Origin: Nemertoderma westbladi
Taxonomy: Eukaryota; Animalia; Xenacoelomorpha
Assembly (NCBI GenBank): GCA_032718475.1
Contig: JAUCBJ010005996.1
Location: 1-36,854 of the forward strand
Direction: 5' to 3'
Length of the DNA stretch: 36,854 bases
In this document: positions 23,560-35,789 of the stretch, piece by piece
Position numbering within the stretch: position 1 is the first letter of the stretch
How the letters are laid out: every line of letters begins with the position of its first letter
The notes under the pieces: generated by a model
Seen by the model: the letters and a program-made list of their open reading frames with translations, nothing else
Databases searched by the model: none
What the model was told of the DNA's origin: nothing
Made by a program: the position numbers and the translations under genes

Positions 23560-26500
23560 TCAGAGATATTCAGCGTGATACCGGTGAAACTTACTGGAGA
23601 CAGGGGTCGAAGAGAATATATGTGATGTTGGACACTGCGTCCACATTATCGTATATAGACGAGGAAGTAGCGAGAGCCGTTTCCAGCTTCCGGGACGCCG
23701 AGGAAATCAAAATAGAGTTAAAATCCATGCATGGGGTAGGAGACATTAAGGGACATATGATTTCTGTAGAACTAGACTCCCTACTCCCGAGAGAAGAGCA
23801 CACTCGCCAAGAGCAGAGAGCGTTGCGAGGGTTCGGCAGGCAGTTATGTAAGGTGCCGCCGATGAGTCCCATAGCACAGGAGTATTTTGACAAGCTCAGG
23901 ATACTGAGACACCAGGTAGGTTATAGGAATGTGTCTATGTTGATTGGAGCGGAACAGCTGATTGCACACCAAATATGGGAAACATGACCAGCTGAGTCGT
24001 ATGTAAATGGGCCACACGCCCATAGGACTATATTAGGTTGGTATACACGAGTACCCATGTCCTATGAGTTTTCAGGTGGCGATAAGCCAAAGGATAGACA
24101 CGACGAATTACAACATATAACACAACCACTGTTAGTAGAACCACCAGACGTAGACGAGTTTAGGAGAACCTGTATTGATATTGACCACTATAGCGACTTT
24201 AGCGAGTCGGACGAGGACTTGATTCCCGATAACATTAGATTGTCGGAACCACTCTACAACGACCGGACAGATAGTGAACCCGAGGACTACTGTTATCAGA
24301 CCCGTGGGTCTGGTTCATTGGCCCACGCCACTTATTTTAGTAATGTTTTGACTTATACCAATATAGCGGAGGGTCAGGTGGCGAAATATCGAGACCTCAA
24401 CATTTTCCAATTCAGTGAAGAGGAATTACAAAAGGAATTGATATGCCAGGACCTCGAAACAGGAGACAGAACCATCGAATAGCTGGATAGGGACGCGATG
24501 GAACCCAGTGGTTATGATTTAACCATGTCCACCGACGAGAAACGGTTGCTAGAGATGATGGAAGAAACCATATGTCTGCTACCCACAGGACATTTTGAAG
24601 TTGGAATGTTGTGGCGTCGACAACCCCCTAAGTTGGAGAACAATTAAAACTTGGCCCTGAAAAGATTGAACGGAGTAAGGGCTCGGTTGCCAGGATAGTC
24701 TCCAATTTCTCTGGTACGAGAATGAAGACCTATCCGGCCCAGTGGTTACGTACCAGATGTATGTCAGGATATTCGGCGCCCGCGATAGTCCCAACGGCAC
24801 GCTGTTTGTTTTAAAGAAAATGGCGACAGCCCAGGTTGGTAAGTATCCAGTAGATGTAATCGAGTCCATCATAAGGAACTTCTACATGGACGACGGATTG
24901 GTGTCCAAGGACACAGCGGAACAAGCCATAGAAGTGGCTCACGGCCTACAGGAGTGCTTGGCTACGGGAGGATTCCCATTGTCCAAGTTCACCACCAATT
25001 CGGAGGCCTTATTAGAATCGTTCCCGGTGAAGGATCGCAGGAGTGGAGACATTGAACTGAGTGTAGAACCCATCCCCATGGCGCGAGTACTGGGACTTGG
25101 TTGGAATCCAAACACGGATAAATTCCAGGTGAGAGTTAGATTTGAACCCAGTAGCCCAGACAAGACTTTGACTAAGAGAATCTGCTTATCGACTGTATGA
25201 GGAAAATTTGGCTGTCCGACTTTGAGTGGGACGAGCCAATATCCCCTATACATGCAAAGCAGTGGAGAGAGTGGGAAGCCGAGTTGCATCTATTGAAAAA
25301 TATAGATGTACCCCGCTCCTACTTTCCGAATCAGCCGGTATTTCCAGCTGATCTACAGCTGCATTTGTTTAGTGACGCAAGTGACACCGGCTTTGGTATG
25401 GTAGCCTACCTTCGCCGGGAGGTAAGTCAGGATAAGTTTGAGATGGCCTTTGTGACTTCTAGATGCCGGTCAAATACATGACTGTCCCTCGTGCAGAGTT
25501 GCAGGCAGCGGTAGTATTGGTCGAGGTAAGTAAGCAGATAATAGAGGAGTTAGATACGACCTTGACATTATTCTATTGGACGGACGCATCCTTAGTGTTA
25601 GTGTATATTGCAGCTGACAATATTGCACTAAAGACATTTGTAGCAAACAGACATGCTCAGATCGTCGACTTTTCGACGAAGGAACAATGGAGACATTGTC
25701 CGGGAGTGTTAAACCCGGCTGACATAACTTCGAGAGGTGCTATGCCAGCGGAATTCTGTCAAGAAGAATCCCAGGAGTTTTGGTTACATGGGCCTGAGTT
25801 TCTAACGAGAACACAGGAACATTGGCCAGAGCGACTGAAGATCGTTACCAATCCGATGCCGATAGATGCAGAGGGCAAAGTGGAGAAAGTTTCCAAGTCT
25901 AAGTCGAAAGCCAAACTCGAGTCAATGGAGCGGCCTGAAGAGTCATTGGAGCGGCCTGAAGAGTCAATGGAGCGGCCTGAAGAGTCATTGGAGTGGCCTG
26001 AAGAGTCATTGGAGTGGCCCGGAGACCTGTCAGACCAAGAGACTTATGTGACTACAAGATCAGGAAGGGTACGTTTTGACATAAAACCACCCTTACAGAC
26101 TACACAAGGGTCACAATTAGTAAGTGACGGACAGAAAATGACCAACAAAATGGAGCCTTCGGTTTCCAAACCTGCGGGTTTGGATTCGAAACTTCCATTG
26201 GCTACTGGGCAACCGTCGCTGGCATTAGAGCCACGTAGTATTTATGAGAAATTGCTAAATTCGTCCGCCTCTTGGCTGACAATTTGTAAAAGAACCGCGT
26301 GGTTAAGCCGATATGTTTCGTTCCTTTGTTTAAAACATTCGAAGCACTTAGGAGAACAAACAAGCACTAATATTGAGTGAATTCAGAAATTGAAACAACC
26401 TCTGACAGAGGATGAGATTGATCAAGCGGAATTAAAACATTTGAAGCATTATCAAATGTGTGCCTTCCCAAACGAATTCTATCTATTATCGGCTCAACGA

Positions 26501-27878
26501 CCAGTTCTCTATAAACCCCTTAGAAAATGGAGTCCATTAATCCATAAAGGTTTGATTTGTCATAGATCGAGAATCCAGACTGTTGACATAAACTCACAGT
26601 TTAGGTTCCCAGTGATAATCGCTAGTCACCCAATAGAATTGCAAAGAGCGATTCTATGGGATATACATAAGAGGCTGCATCACTCGGGATGGTTACACTG
26701 TTTGTCGGCAGCGATTCATTCTGTTGCAGCCAAGCAGGGCGGTAGGTACCATGTATGACACCTGTCTGGTTTGCAAGAGAGTGAACGCCAGAGTATTGGA
26801 ACAGGAGATGGCTGAACTCCCAGAAGTGAGAGTGCAGGCATATGACCCACCCTTTACAAATACAGGGGTGGACTGTTTTGGCCCGATTGAGGCAAAGAGT
26901 GGATGGCTGACCCACAAGAGATGGGGCCTGCTACTGATATGTATGGCTAGTAGAGCCGTACACATAGAGCGTGTGGCAGACATGTCGACCAAATCTCTGC
27001 TCCTGGCCTTAAAGAGATTTACGGCCAGGAGAGGACTAGTAAAGGCATTCTTCTCCGACAAGGGCACAAACTTTGTCGGAGGGAATAGCGAGTTAAATGT
27101 GGCTCATAGGGCGGCGCAGAACAGAGAAATCTCTGCAGCACTTTTACCGCAAAGAGTGGAGTGGAAATTTAATACCCCAGAAAGTCCCTGGAGAGGAGGA
27201 AGTTGGGAGCGTTTGGTTTGCTCCATAAAACAGGCCATAGCGAAAACATTGCCTGTAAATAAGCAACTGACAGACGACGAGTTGGTAACAGCTTTCATCG
27301 AAATCGAGCATACCTTAAACTCGAGGCCGATAGCTATGTTACCAGACGGCGTCGCATTAATGCCAAATCATTTGCTAATGCAGAGTCCAGCATTTCTTGT
27401 GCCGGCATCAGAACCCATTAGTGCCGACCTATACAGTCGAAAAAGCTGGATAATAACACAGTTTATAGTGTACACATTCTGGGAATATTAGCGGGAATAA
27501 TATCTTCCCACAATATCCACCGGAGCAAAGTGGTACAAAACAGTTCGAAGCCTCCAAAGAGGAGACTACGTATTAATAACCGAACTAGTCGTCAAGAGAA
27601 AATATTGGGAGACCGGAGTCATCTTGCACGTACACCCGGACGTACAAAATATAGTACGCACCGTCACTGTAAAAATAAGGTGCAAGTGTCCGAACAAGAA
27701 GAAGTGTAAAACTAAGGGTTTGCACACCTTGGACAGGCCGGTCCAGGATATTGTGTTACTAGAGAAAACACGCATCGAGACAGGAGATCTCTTCTGCCTC
27801 AAAACAAAATTAGTGTCAGAACGCAAATTCACTTCGTATGCAAATACTCGGAAATGCATAGGAGCGGGTTTGTGGTGA
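23560..27878 (+). pseudogene. pol: BEL-2 pol (protease, RT, RNase H, integrase) with deletions, stops and frameshifts
   Basis: MLDTASTLSYI; FGARDSP, NFYMDD, RVLGLGWN, LHLFSDAS, PRAELQAA, YWTDAS, NPADITSRG; HKRLHHSG..CLVC, TGVDCFGP, FSDKGTNFVG, GGSWERLV, LNSRP. Confidence 0.95.
25919..26019 (+). repeat. 21-bp in-frame repeat (about 5 copies) in the RNase H-integrase linker
   Basis: GAGTCAWTGGAGYGGCCTGAA encoding ES(M/L)E(R/W)PE. Confidence 0.95.
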
Positions 27879-28554
27879 TTTGCGTTGAGAATTTGTCTGG
27901 TGGGTATCAAAACAAAATTAAATTTTTTCATAAAATGTTTAGAAAATTAAAAATTTTAAAAATTAGAAGTGAACCTAAGACAATTCCAAACGCTGCTTAT
28001 AGACGCGTTCTAGAACCTGTCTATAAGTGTACAGTAATTTGAAAGTCGTGAGAGCCTGGAAAATAGTATCTAGACACCATGGTTACGGCTATATTATGTA
28101 GGAGTGTAAATTGAGTTCAGTAACTTCCACAGATTAGTGCCCACAGTACAACAACCAAGATGCTAAAGGTTAGTAGCACCAGAGGCATACACAGACCCCA
28201 CTCAGTAGTTTGCAGTGGAGTGAGGTGTTCGATTATCAAACCTTGGGTTTGGTATAGTCGAACACCATAGCTATTGTCCTTTCTAACTACTGTAGTCTAG
28301 TACAAGTATTGGGGAGTAGTTTGGGCATCAAAAAGTGAGTCGGTCACGGCCAGTTTATCTCCGAAGTTTTTGCGCTATGCATGGGAATAGGTTTGAAGGT
28401 AGTTAAGAATGAGAAAGCCAAACCTGAACTGCTGGAAGGCAGGCCGGGTAGCTCGGGAAGTCCACCCCTCCGCACTATCTAACTGACTTACCCACAGTGT
28501 AATTAGCTTACGTAACAGACTATTGGAATATATATAGATACGCGGCAATAAGTA

Positions 28555-31500
28555 ATGGCGAAGGAAATCCGAGCACAACTGAGGAGAGGATTTACCGCCA
28601 GGGAGGAAGCGGAGTTACCATTCGCCCGACATGGCTGCAAAGACTCTAACGTCTATTATCACGGGAGATCTGTGATGGAATTAAACGGGAAATACAAGCC
28701 CATGTACGACAAGGAGCTGAGGAGAGAAAGGATGTGAGCGTTGGGGGATCGCATGGAAGTATTACGAAAGGAATACCGGACTCGTTATCCCTACGATTTC
28801 GCCCTTGATGTGTGCGACATTAGCGCTGACCCGGATGAGGAAATCGCTCATTTGTGTCATATGAATATGTATTTGTTGCACGATGAACCTCTACTTGCAG
28901 TCCGAGATCAATTCGACGGGATGCATCTTTACCGGAGGACCCGAGGCGAGGACGAGGAGACGCCAAAGGTTTTCAGCGTATAAAAGTTGTTCTACAAATG
29001 CGGTAAATGCATGAATAAACAAGACGTAGCAATCCCCGACTGACTGAACGAGCAGAATCCCGAACCGATATTAATGCGGTGTCAAGGTCATCAGTTTCTT
29101 AGATATAACGGGGGAGGTTACCCGATGAGCAATCCGATGATCAGCATCGACTTTAGCGGAAAGAGACCTCCGAGACCTATTCTGCCGACCGTTACGACTT
29201 TGGACCCGTATACGGAGATTAAATCCTGTTCAACACCCGCTTTGATAGAAACGGCGGCAGCCATTTTGCTTTTCCGACCCTATAAGGACCTAGAGGTGCG
29301 GCGCAAAGCGGCACGGGACTCGATTACCAAACCCTCGGGTTTGGAACTCTCGAGTCCATGGACCACGTTCACTTCGCCCCACTGGGAGTGGATGCTAACG
29401 CCTGAGCATCAGGACGATATAGACATGTTGCGGCAGGAGGAGCGAGCGGCGAAAGCGAAGCAGTTATTCGAAGAGCGTATAGCGGAGTATAATAAGACTA
29501 CGGATAGACATCAGGAAGAAACGAGGAGAGTCACTGGATTTGTTCCACAGGCTGTATCTCAACCTAGACCGGTGTATTATTCCAGCAGCAATGAACCTGC
29601 GATATTGGTAGATCACCCAGAATCGCGAGAAGCTATTCGAGTTCCTTCGCGATGTCCCGATGCAGATTACCGACTATGATACGTTGGACAAGATCGGAGC
29701 TCCAGTGAAGGAGAGCAAGTTATTTGGTTGGTTGGACAAGTATATAAAGGTATGGGTCGCGGTGGCTACGTTCCTGGATGACAAGGAGGTAGACCAGGCA
29801 TGGCTAAGGAGGAAGGGTTCCTACACTCAGTATGACGACCACAAGGCTATCGAGTGCATGTGGACCCCATCCGACAAAATCCGGCATCAGTGGCGAAGAA
29901 CGGAGGAATCCCTGGAGGATTGGCGTGTGATGTTTTATGATAACGAGGGAGGGTCTCACCAAGAATGCTTAACTAGCAAATGCATTCAAATTCGCGCGGC
30001 TGGCTGACGGTGTAACTCACGTATTTATGCGCATGAGGGTGGACAGAGAAAGACCGGAGCCCATTATAACGACGTAATACCGGCGAGGGAAGGATCCTAG
30101 AGAATAGATCTTGGAGGTATATAGGAGAGGGGGTATGCATGGAGCGGAGCGTATCGACGCCAGGATGTTACCCAAGAAGGTTAGGGAGGCAATCCTTAAC
30201 CAGGATTATGTTAAGGTGGGATCGAGAGTCCAAAGTGCTTTAGAGAGCAACTTCAACGCTATGACGGATCTGGAGGATCGATTGCCTAGACCGTTTGTCG
30301 ACACCGAGCTATTATTGCTATGGGCGCAGGACATTGGAATTTACAGGGAGTACCCTAATTCTGCTAAGACTGGTATGGGCTTTATAGCACATTTGTTGTA
30401 TAATTGGGACTTCAAGTTAAAGACGCAAAAGAAATACGAGGAGGCGTACGGTGAATATAACACGCTGCCGGGAGCGGAGTTCAAATCCTACTTTAAGCGG
30501 CAAGCGCTAGTGTATTGGAACATCTGTGCACCACCCCGTGCGTCGCTGCAATATTATTTGGTGCTAGAGTCGAATACAGTAACTTGTTTAGTCACGGATA
30601 TCGTCGCGCGAGTTCTGAAGCGTCATCCATTGGTGTCGGAGGAGAACAATACATTCGCTCGAAAGGAGGAATCCAATCCGACGTGATGAAGCGTTTCTTA
30701 ACCCCATTCTTCAACAAATCACTAGACAACACGTCGATGGTTAGGAGAGGATTAGCGATATTCGAAGGAGTATACCAATAGAACATCAGAGATTTGAGAG
30801 ATCGACCTTCGATGGAGTATCCGACACCAGAGGCCGTGGAGAAGTGGTTCGGGAACCAAACCCGCGGGTTTTGTACTCCTGTCCACTTGGAGGCAGACAG
30901 ACCCGTTAGAGAGGGTTGGCTCGAGACGTTAGTGGAAGTGTTCGAAATTGATCTTCCGGTGGAGATGACATATCCTAAATGGACGCGGGAGGAAATATTG
31001 GAGATCGAGGACAAAGGCAAGCACGTTTACTTTGTTCCGGAACGGCAACCTTTGACCGGAGAGGAAGACATTGTTTTAGACATTGGGAAGGAAGGGAGTG
31101 TGAAGCCGATTGGAGACCTCATATACGAGAGGGCTTGAATTCCACCAGCGCATAGATGCAAGTTGTGCGGCAGCACAAGACATAGTCAAAAGTCTTGTGA
31201 TGCTGTGGTAGAGGCTGCGCATAAGGTTTGCCGTTGGTGCAACGAGACTGACCACTCGTTTTATACATGTACTGTCTTCATTTCCCAGTGTGGATATTGT
31301 GGTGTAAAAGGACACCGTAGCGCAAAGTGCCAGCTGTGTGATGATTCCTTCCAGAACCATAGCGCTAACCTCCTTCGGGAGATGTTGGACAAATGGGAGA
31401 GTGTGGCAGACTACCACATTCAGGCACAAATGCGGTGGTTACCGTTTAAAGCAGGATACAGGTTCTGGGCAGTGGATCCATCACATGTTGCCTATGAGCC

Positions 31501-31930
31501 ATATCTACAATCCCTACCGCAATATCAGGAGTTGATGTTAACCGCTCAGGACCTTCCGCAGAATACAGGAGTTGTGGTTATTAGATCGTATTTCCGGCAG
31601 CTTAACATGGACAATAAGTACACCTGGAATTTCGTCGCTATCTGCGACAGGATAACCAGGGGTGTATTTTCGGAGACGAGGAAAGTGGTGCGTGCGCGAG
31701 GCGACTGGAGGATGGCAGCCATCCAATACCACAACGAATTCTTGCTGACTCACGTTCAGTTGGGGTTATTGACCACAGAACGGGTGGAGGAGCAACGGAC
31801 TGCAGCGCCCACAGCGACAACAGCCGGAGCTCATAGCTCGCGGCAAGTACCAGAAGGAGGAGTCCTTGGCAAGCGTCAAGCTAAGGACGAGCAGTATCAT
31901 GGTATACCTAAAGAGGTGAGGTCTCTATAG
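28555..31930 (+). pseudogene. BEL-2 accessory gene: N-terminal extension, DEDDy-like exonuclease, three CCHC zinc knuckles (about 1120 codons, broken)
   Basis: ExoI VMFYDNEG (D 29939, E 29945); LPKKVREAILNQDYVKVGS; PFVDTE; KTGMGFIA; QYYLVLE. Knuckles CKLCGSTRHSQKSC, CRWCNETDHSFYTC, CGYCGVKGHRSAKC (31157-31330). ORF pieces are collinear on the plus strand. Confidence 0.78.
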
Positions 31931-33300
31931 GGGTGTAGCAAACAGGCGACGGCGGACTTGTGAGGGTCTGGGGGCACGTTAAATTTGGTATATAGTGCAA
32001 GGGAGTCACTGAAGGCCCTCGTGTCTGACGAACCATGAATCAACATGGTGTCGTGGTAGCGTCTAGTTGGCCTGTTGCCGTACTGCCAGTCCTGTACACA
32101 GTAGGGGTGGTGGCATGGTGTGATTTGTGGTTCATGTGGTGTGAACTGTGATTTGTATGTGGGCGATCAGTGGCAGTTTGCTTGGGGCTCGGATGGGTTC
32201 CTTTGGCCATCAGCTGTTCCGTTTTTTTGATACTATATGTTATTGTCTCCATGTTCAGCTGATTGGTCTTTGGGAGTTTGAGCTTTCTGTTGATGTGGGT
32301 ACGTGAGTACACGTGATTGTGTGTATGGCCACTGCGAGTGAGTATGGGAACCCTTGCCAGTTGGTTCAGTCGTCGCTGGTTATTAGTAGGACCATATCTT
32401 TACTACGCCCCAGCATACTTTGTGCACACAAAGTTATTTTGCCCTGACGGCAAAATAAGGTACTCTCGACTCTCATGTTCTCTCTAGTCGATACAACTAT
32501 TCCCTCGCAATTTTGTCCCCGATTTTGACTTTCCCAATTATGTCCTCTGTGTGTGCATGGTATGTGTGCAATTTGTGTACTTGATATTGTGAACATCTGT
32601 TGAGTATACGTGTACAGTGACTGGTAAGTGGTTACTTGTTCTTAGCTTTTGAGCTAGACAGTATTGTCTTTTCAATACTGCCGGCGAGGCAGGTGAAAAT
32701 GAGTCAAAATTCCATGTTGGGTAGCGCAAGCCCGCTTGGGACAAGACCGTCGGTTAGGCCCAAGGGCGACCTTGGTGCTCGATCACTATCGACTGGTCCA
32801 CCTGCCGGTTGACTCTCTGAGTTGGCTCAATGTACAGTCAGGCCACAGTAAGTTGACAGTAGCCGACCATCGGGCTACACGTTCGACGAGCTGTGCCAGT
32901 GTGATTGGGGAATTGAAAATTGAACCCGGGAAGCATCGGGCCACCCTCCAGCCCGGTCTGATAATAACATCAGTCGGACTGGCCCCAGGGGTGGTGGAAA
33001 GGCGTCCGCTTCGTGGGTGCGCCTCGGGGAGGAGCCCAGAAGGACGCAAGTGTATTGATTCGCAATGACTGCAACGCAAGGCGCAAGGAGCGTCCGAAAG
33101 GGCGTGCATGCAGTTGCAGAAAGAGGGGAAAAAGGTTGCCGGCGCCCGCAGAGACACGGCAAATGGGACGAGTCGGGAGATAGTCGGTGCCCAGGGAACG
33201 CCGTCGCCGGTTCCGGGAAGCGACGCCTCAAGTAGGCGCGGCGGGCGCACTGGGGGGAAGCGACGGAACCGAGTGCAGAGGATCCAAAGCGGGGCAACGC

Positions 33301-33323
33301 TGGCGGGGGGCCACTGTTGCGGT
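33301..33323 (+). other. Candidate polypurine tract / 3' LTR start of BEL-2
   Basis: GGCGGGGGGCCAC followed by TGTTGCGGT (33315), a BEL-like junction. Downstream sequence does not match the candidate 5' LTR. Confidence 0.35.
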
Positions 33324-35789
33324 CGGGGCTAGTCAGTGAGGACCGGGGACCTGCCGCTGTTACGATCCAGATTTTGTCTCTACCTTGTAGTGTTAGGGGG
33401 CAGAACTTGGGGTTTAGTTAGGAAGCCTATATGTAGCCGGGGGTGGCCTTTGTGTCTTACACTGACAAATTGACATACTGGTATGCTGATACGCTAATGT
33501 GCGGTTTAGTGCACTAGCTGACTGGTAGTTAGTGCGGTACCGTACTACTAGTTTATTGCTACGCTATTTGTGTTGTGTTGCTAAAGAGTGCCTGATTCTT
33601 AATTGTGAATGCTTAGATAGGCGCGGTTTTCTTGATTGATTTCTATTTCTTAGTTTACGCTTTATTGATTGCTGATTAGGTCAAATTAATACAGTATTTA
33701 GGCTGTTGCTAGTATAACCCAGTACGTAATAAATTAGAAGTACGTATTCTGGAACATCTACTGTAGTAATTAGTACGCAAATCCGTATTTATGACTGTAA
33801 TTAATTTAGCGATAAAATAAAATAAGAATTTGTACGCAGCATAGCGGAGAGTAGTTTAAGTAATTGTCTTAGAATACTGTAGACTATTCACGCTAGGCGG
33901 TTATTTGAAAATAGTGGGGCAACAGGCTGATAGCAGCATCCAGTATACAGTAGTAAGTTGCTGGTCTAAAGCCAGCTAAAGGCCAAGTTTAGTCACTAAT
34001 AAAGTAATAGATCTGGTTTCCATAGATAATAAAACATTCTCACATTCAACATTCTGCCAGTGAATTCCAGTATTTTGCGATAAGTCAGTAAGTGCCCAGC
34101 AAAGACACATCCGGCTAATATCCGGATAATATTAATTTAGCTCTTTATTTCTTGATTCTTGATTTAGCGTCACTTTAGCGTATGAATAAATCGACCTAAT
34201 AGATCGCGGGGTTTTAGCGTTAATTTAGCAGTTGAGAAGATAAAACTAGCTGAGAGTAGCGGGATTTTAGCACCAATTTAGTCGCTAAATATATACGTAA
34301 ATAGCGGTGTTCTAGCGACTAAGGAATGGTGGGTAGAAACGTGGGGGGGGGGGGGGGGGGGTGTGAGTTGTACTTACACAAATCCCATCTCGGCGAATTA
34401 ATATCTCGTCTCATTGTTAAATTATTATGGATAGGACTAAATATGAATTTTGGTTGCCGTCAGCAACCACTCCCCCCCCCCCCCCCTTTTTCTGGATGGA
34501 TGAGGCCATTTGTACAGTATTCCTCCATAACATATGTACAAACATACCCCAGGAAGCTGAAGACATTCGCCAAAGATATTGAACATTGACATATGGTTAC
34601 TTATTCAGTTTTCACCCATGATGTAATAATCTACAGTATGAGACAATGTTTGGATTACAGTAGGCCCTAGGTACAACATGCCGACATTACCAGTGAAATA
34701 CCCCAATTAGCCAATTTGAAATTTTAAAATAATGTAATAATTTTAATCACTAGTTGAACGTAATTAAATATGAACCAACACATTCAATAATGATCGTTCA
34801 CTTTTCATTCAGTTTTACGTCCATTTATTTATACTGTATCAACAATACAGTACAGTACCTAAAATATGAACGATCATGGCACGATGTTTTAATTTTTATG
34901 AACTTTCACAAGTTTACCATAATTAAAGCCATCCCGATGACGTTTTTGATAATTAAAATAATTTACAACATTAACAAACTAACAACACCTACTAACCAAC
35001 ACATACTAACAACATTAAGCACTTCGCAATTATAACACTTTTGATATTGCCCCGGATACATACTGTACTGTAATACAGTAGAATAAGATAAAACAACAAT
35101 TTAAATAATCTAATGACAACAAAACACAAATTCATGGATGGATACAATCGATATTAATTTATATTTATTATTAACTCTCATTCAATATAATGCACTAAGA
35201 ACCGGTTTGTGCAGATGATGATGGGAGGAGCTATACCTGGGGGTGGTGGTGGGAGGGGGGGGGGGGGGGGGGGGGGGGGAGTTTAAACTCAATCAAAGGA
35301 AAAAATTTTGTAATTATCTAAGGGAATATTTTATACAGTAGGCCGACCTACAGTGCTACAATATTTCAGGTTACAGTACCTACAGTTGTTATACAGTAGT
35401 ACACGTTCGTGGGGCCTTCGCGCAGCACGAGGCCCAGTTATGAGATACAAATTAAAATTGTGCGACTGTATCACAAAATCAGGTTATGAGAGATTAACCC
35501 ACACCACCAATTAATCAAAGAAAGGGGGACAGTACGTGTTCACCCCTTTTAATCTGCACCCCCCCCCCCCTCCCCCACCCACCAATACATAACCGCGACA
35601 TCTACCACCCACGGAAGGGTAGCACGAACTTATTTCCAAACGCACGTTCAATATGCAAAGCCAGGTGGTTTATAGGAATATAATCAATGCAGTACTCGTC
35701 TTCATTTTAAGCCTCTTTGCGTTCGACCTGCTTTGTATTAAAATATATTTATTAAACGCAGGCTGACGCTCTTTATAATAATAATACCT

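Larger units (their letters stand above)
17688..33314 (+). mobile_element. BEL/Pao LTR retrotransposon BEL-2, internal region, decayed and interrupted by a LINE
   Basis: Gag-protease-RT-RNase H-integrase order with BEL-specific motifs, followed by an accessory ORF. Boundaries inferred from PBS-like and PPT-like motifs. Confidence 0.88.

Noticed and set aside
34344-35580. Poly-G and poly-C tracts as a G-quadruplex system or MITE ends
   Set aside because: Simple homopolymers with no definable terminal inverted repeats or target-site duplication.
33315-35600. 2.3-kb LTR bounded by TGTTGCGGT and ACCGCGACA
   Set aside because: It rests on one imperfect 9-bp inverted match, has no partner LTR and would include unrelated homopolymer-rich DNA.
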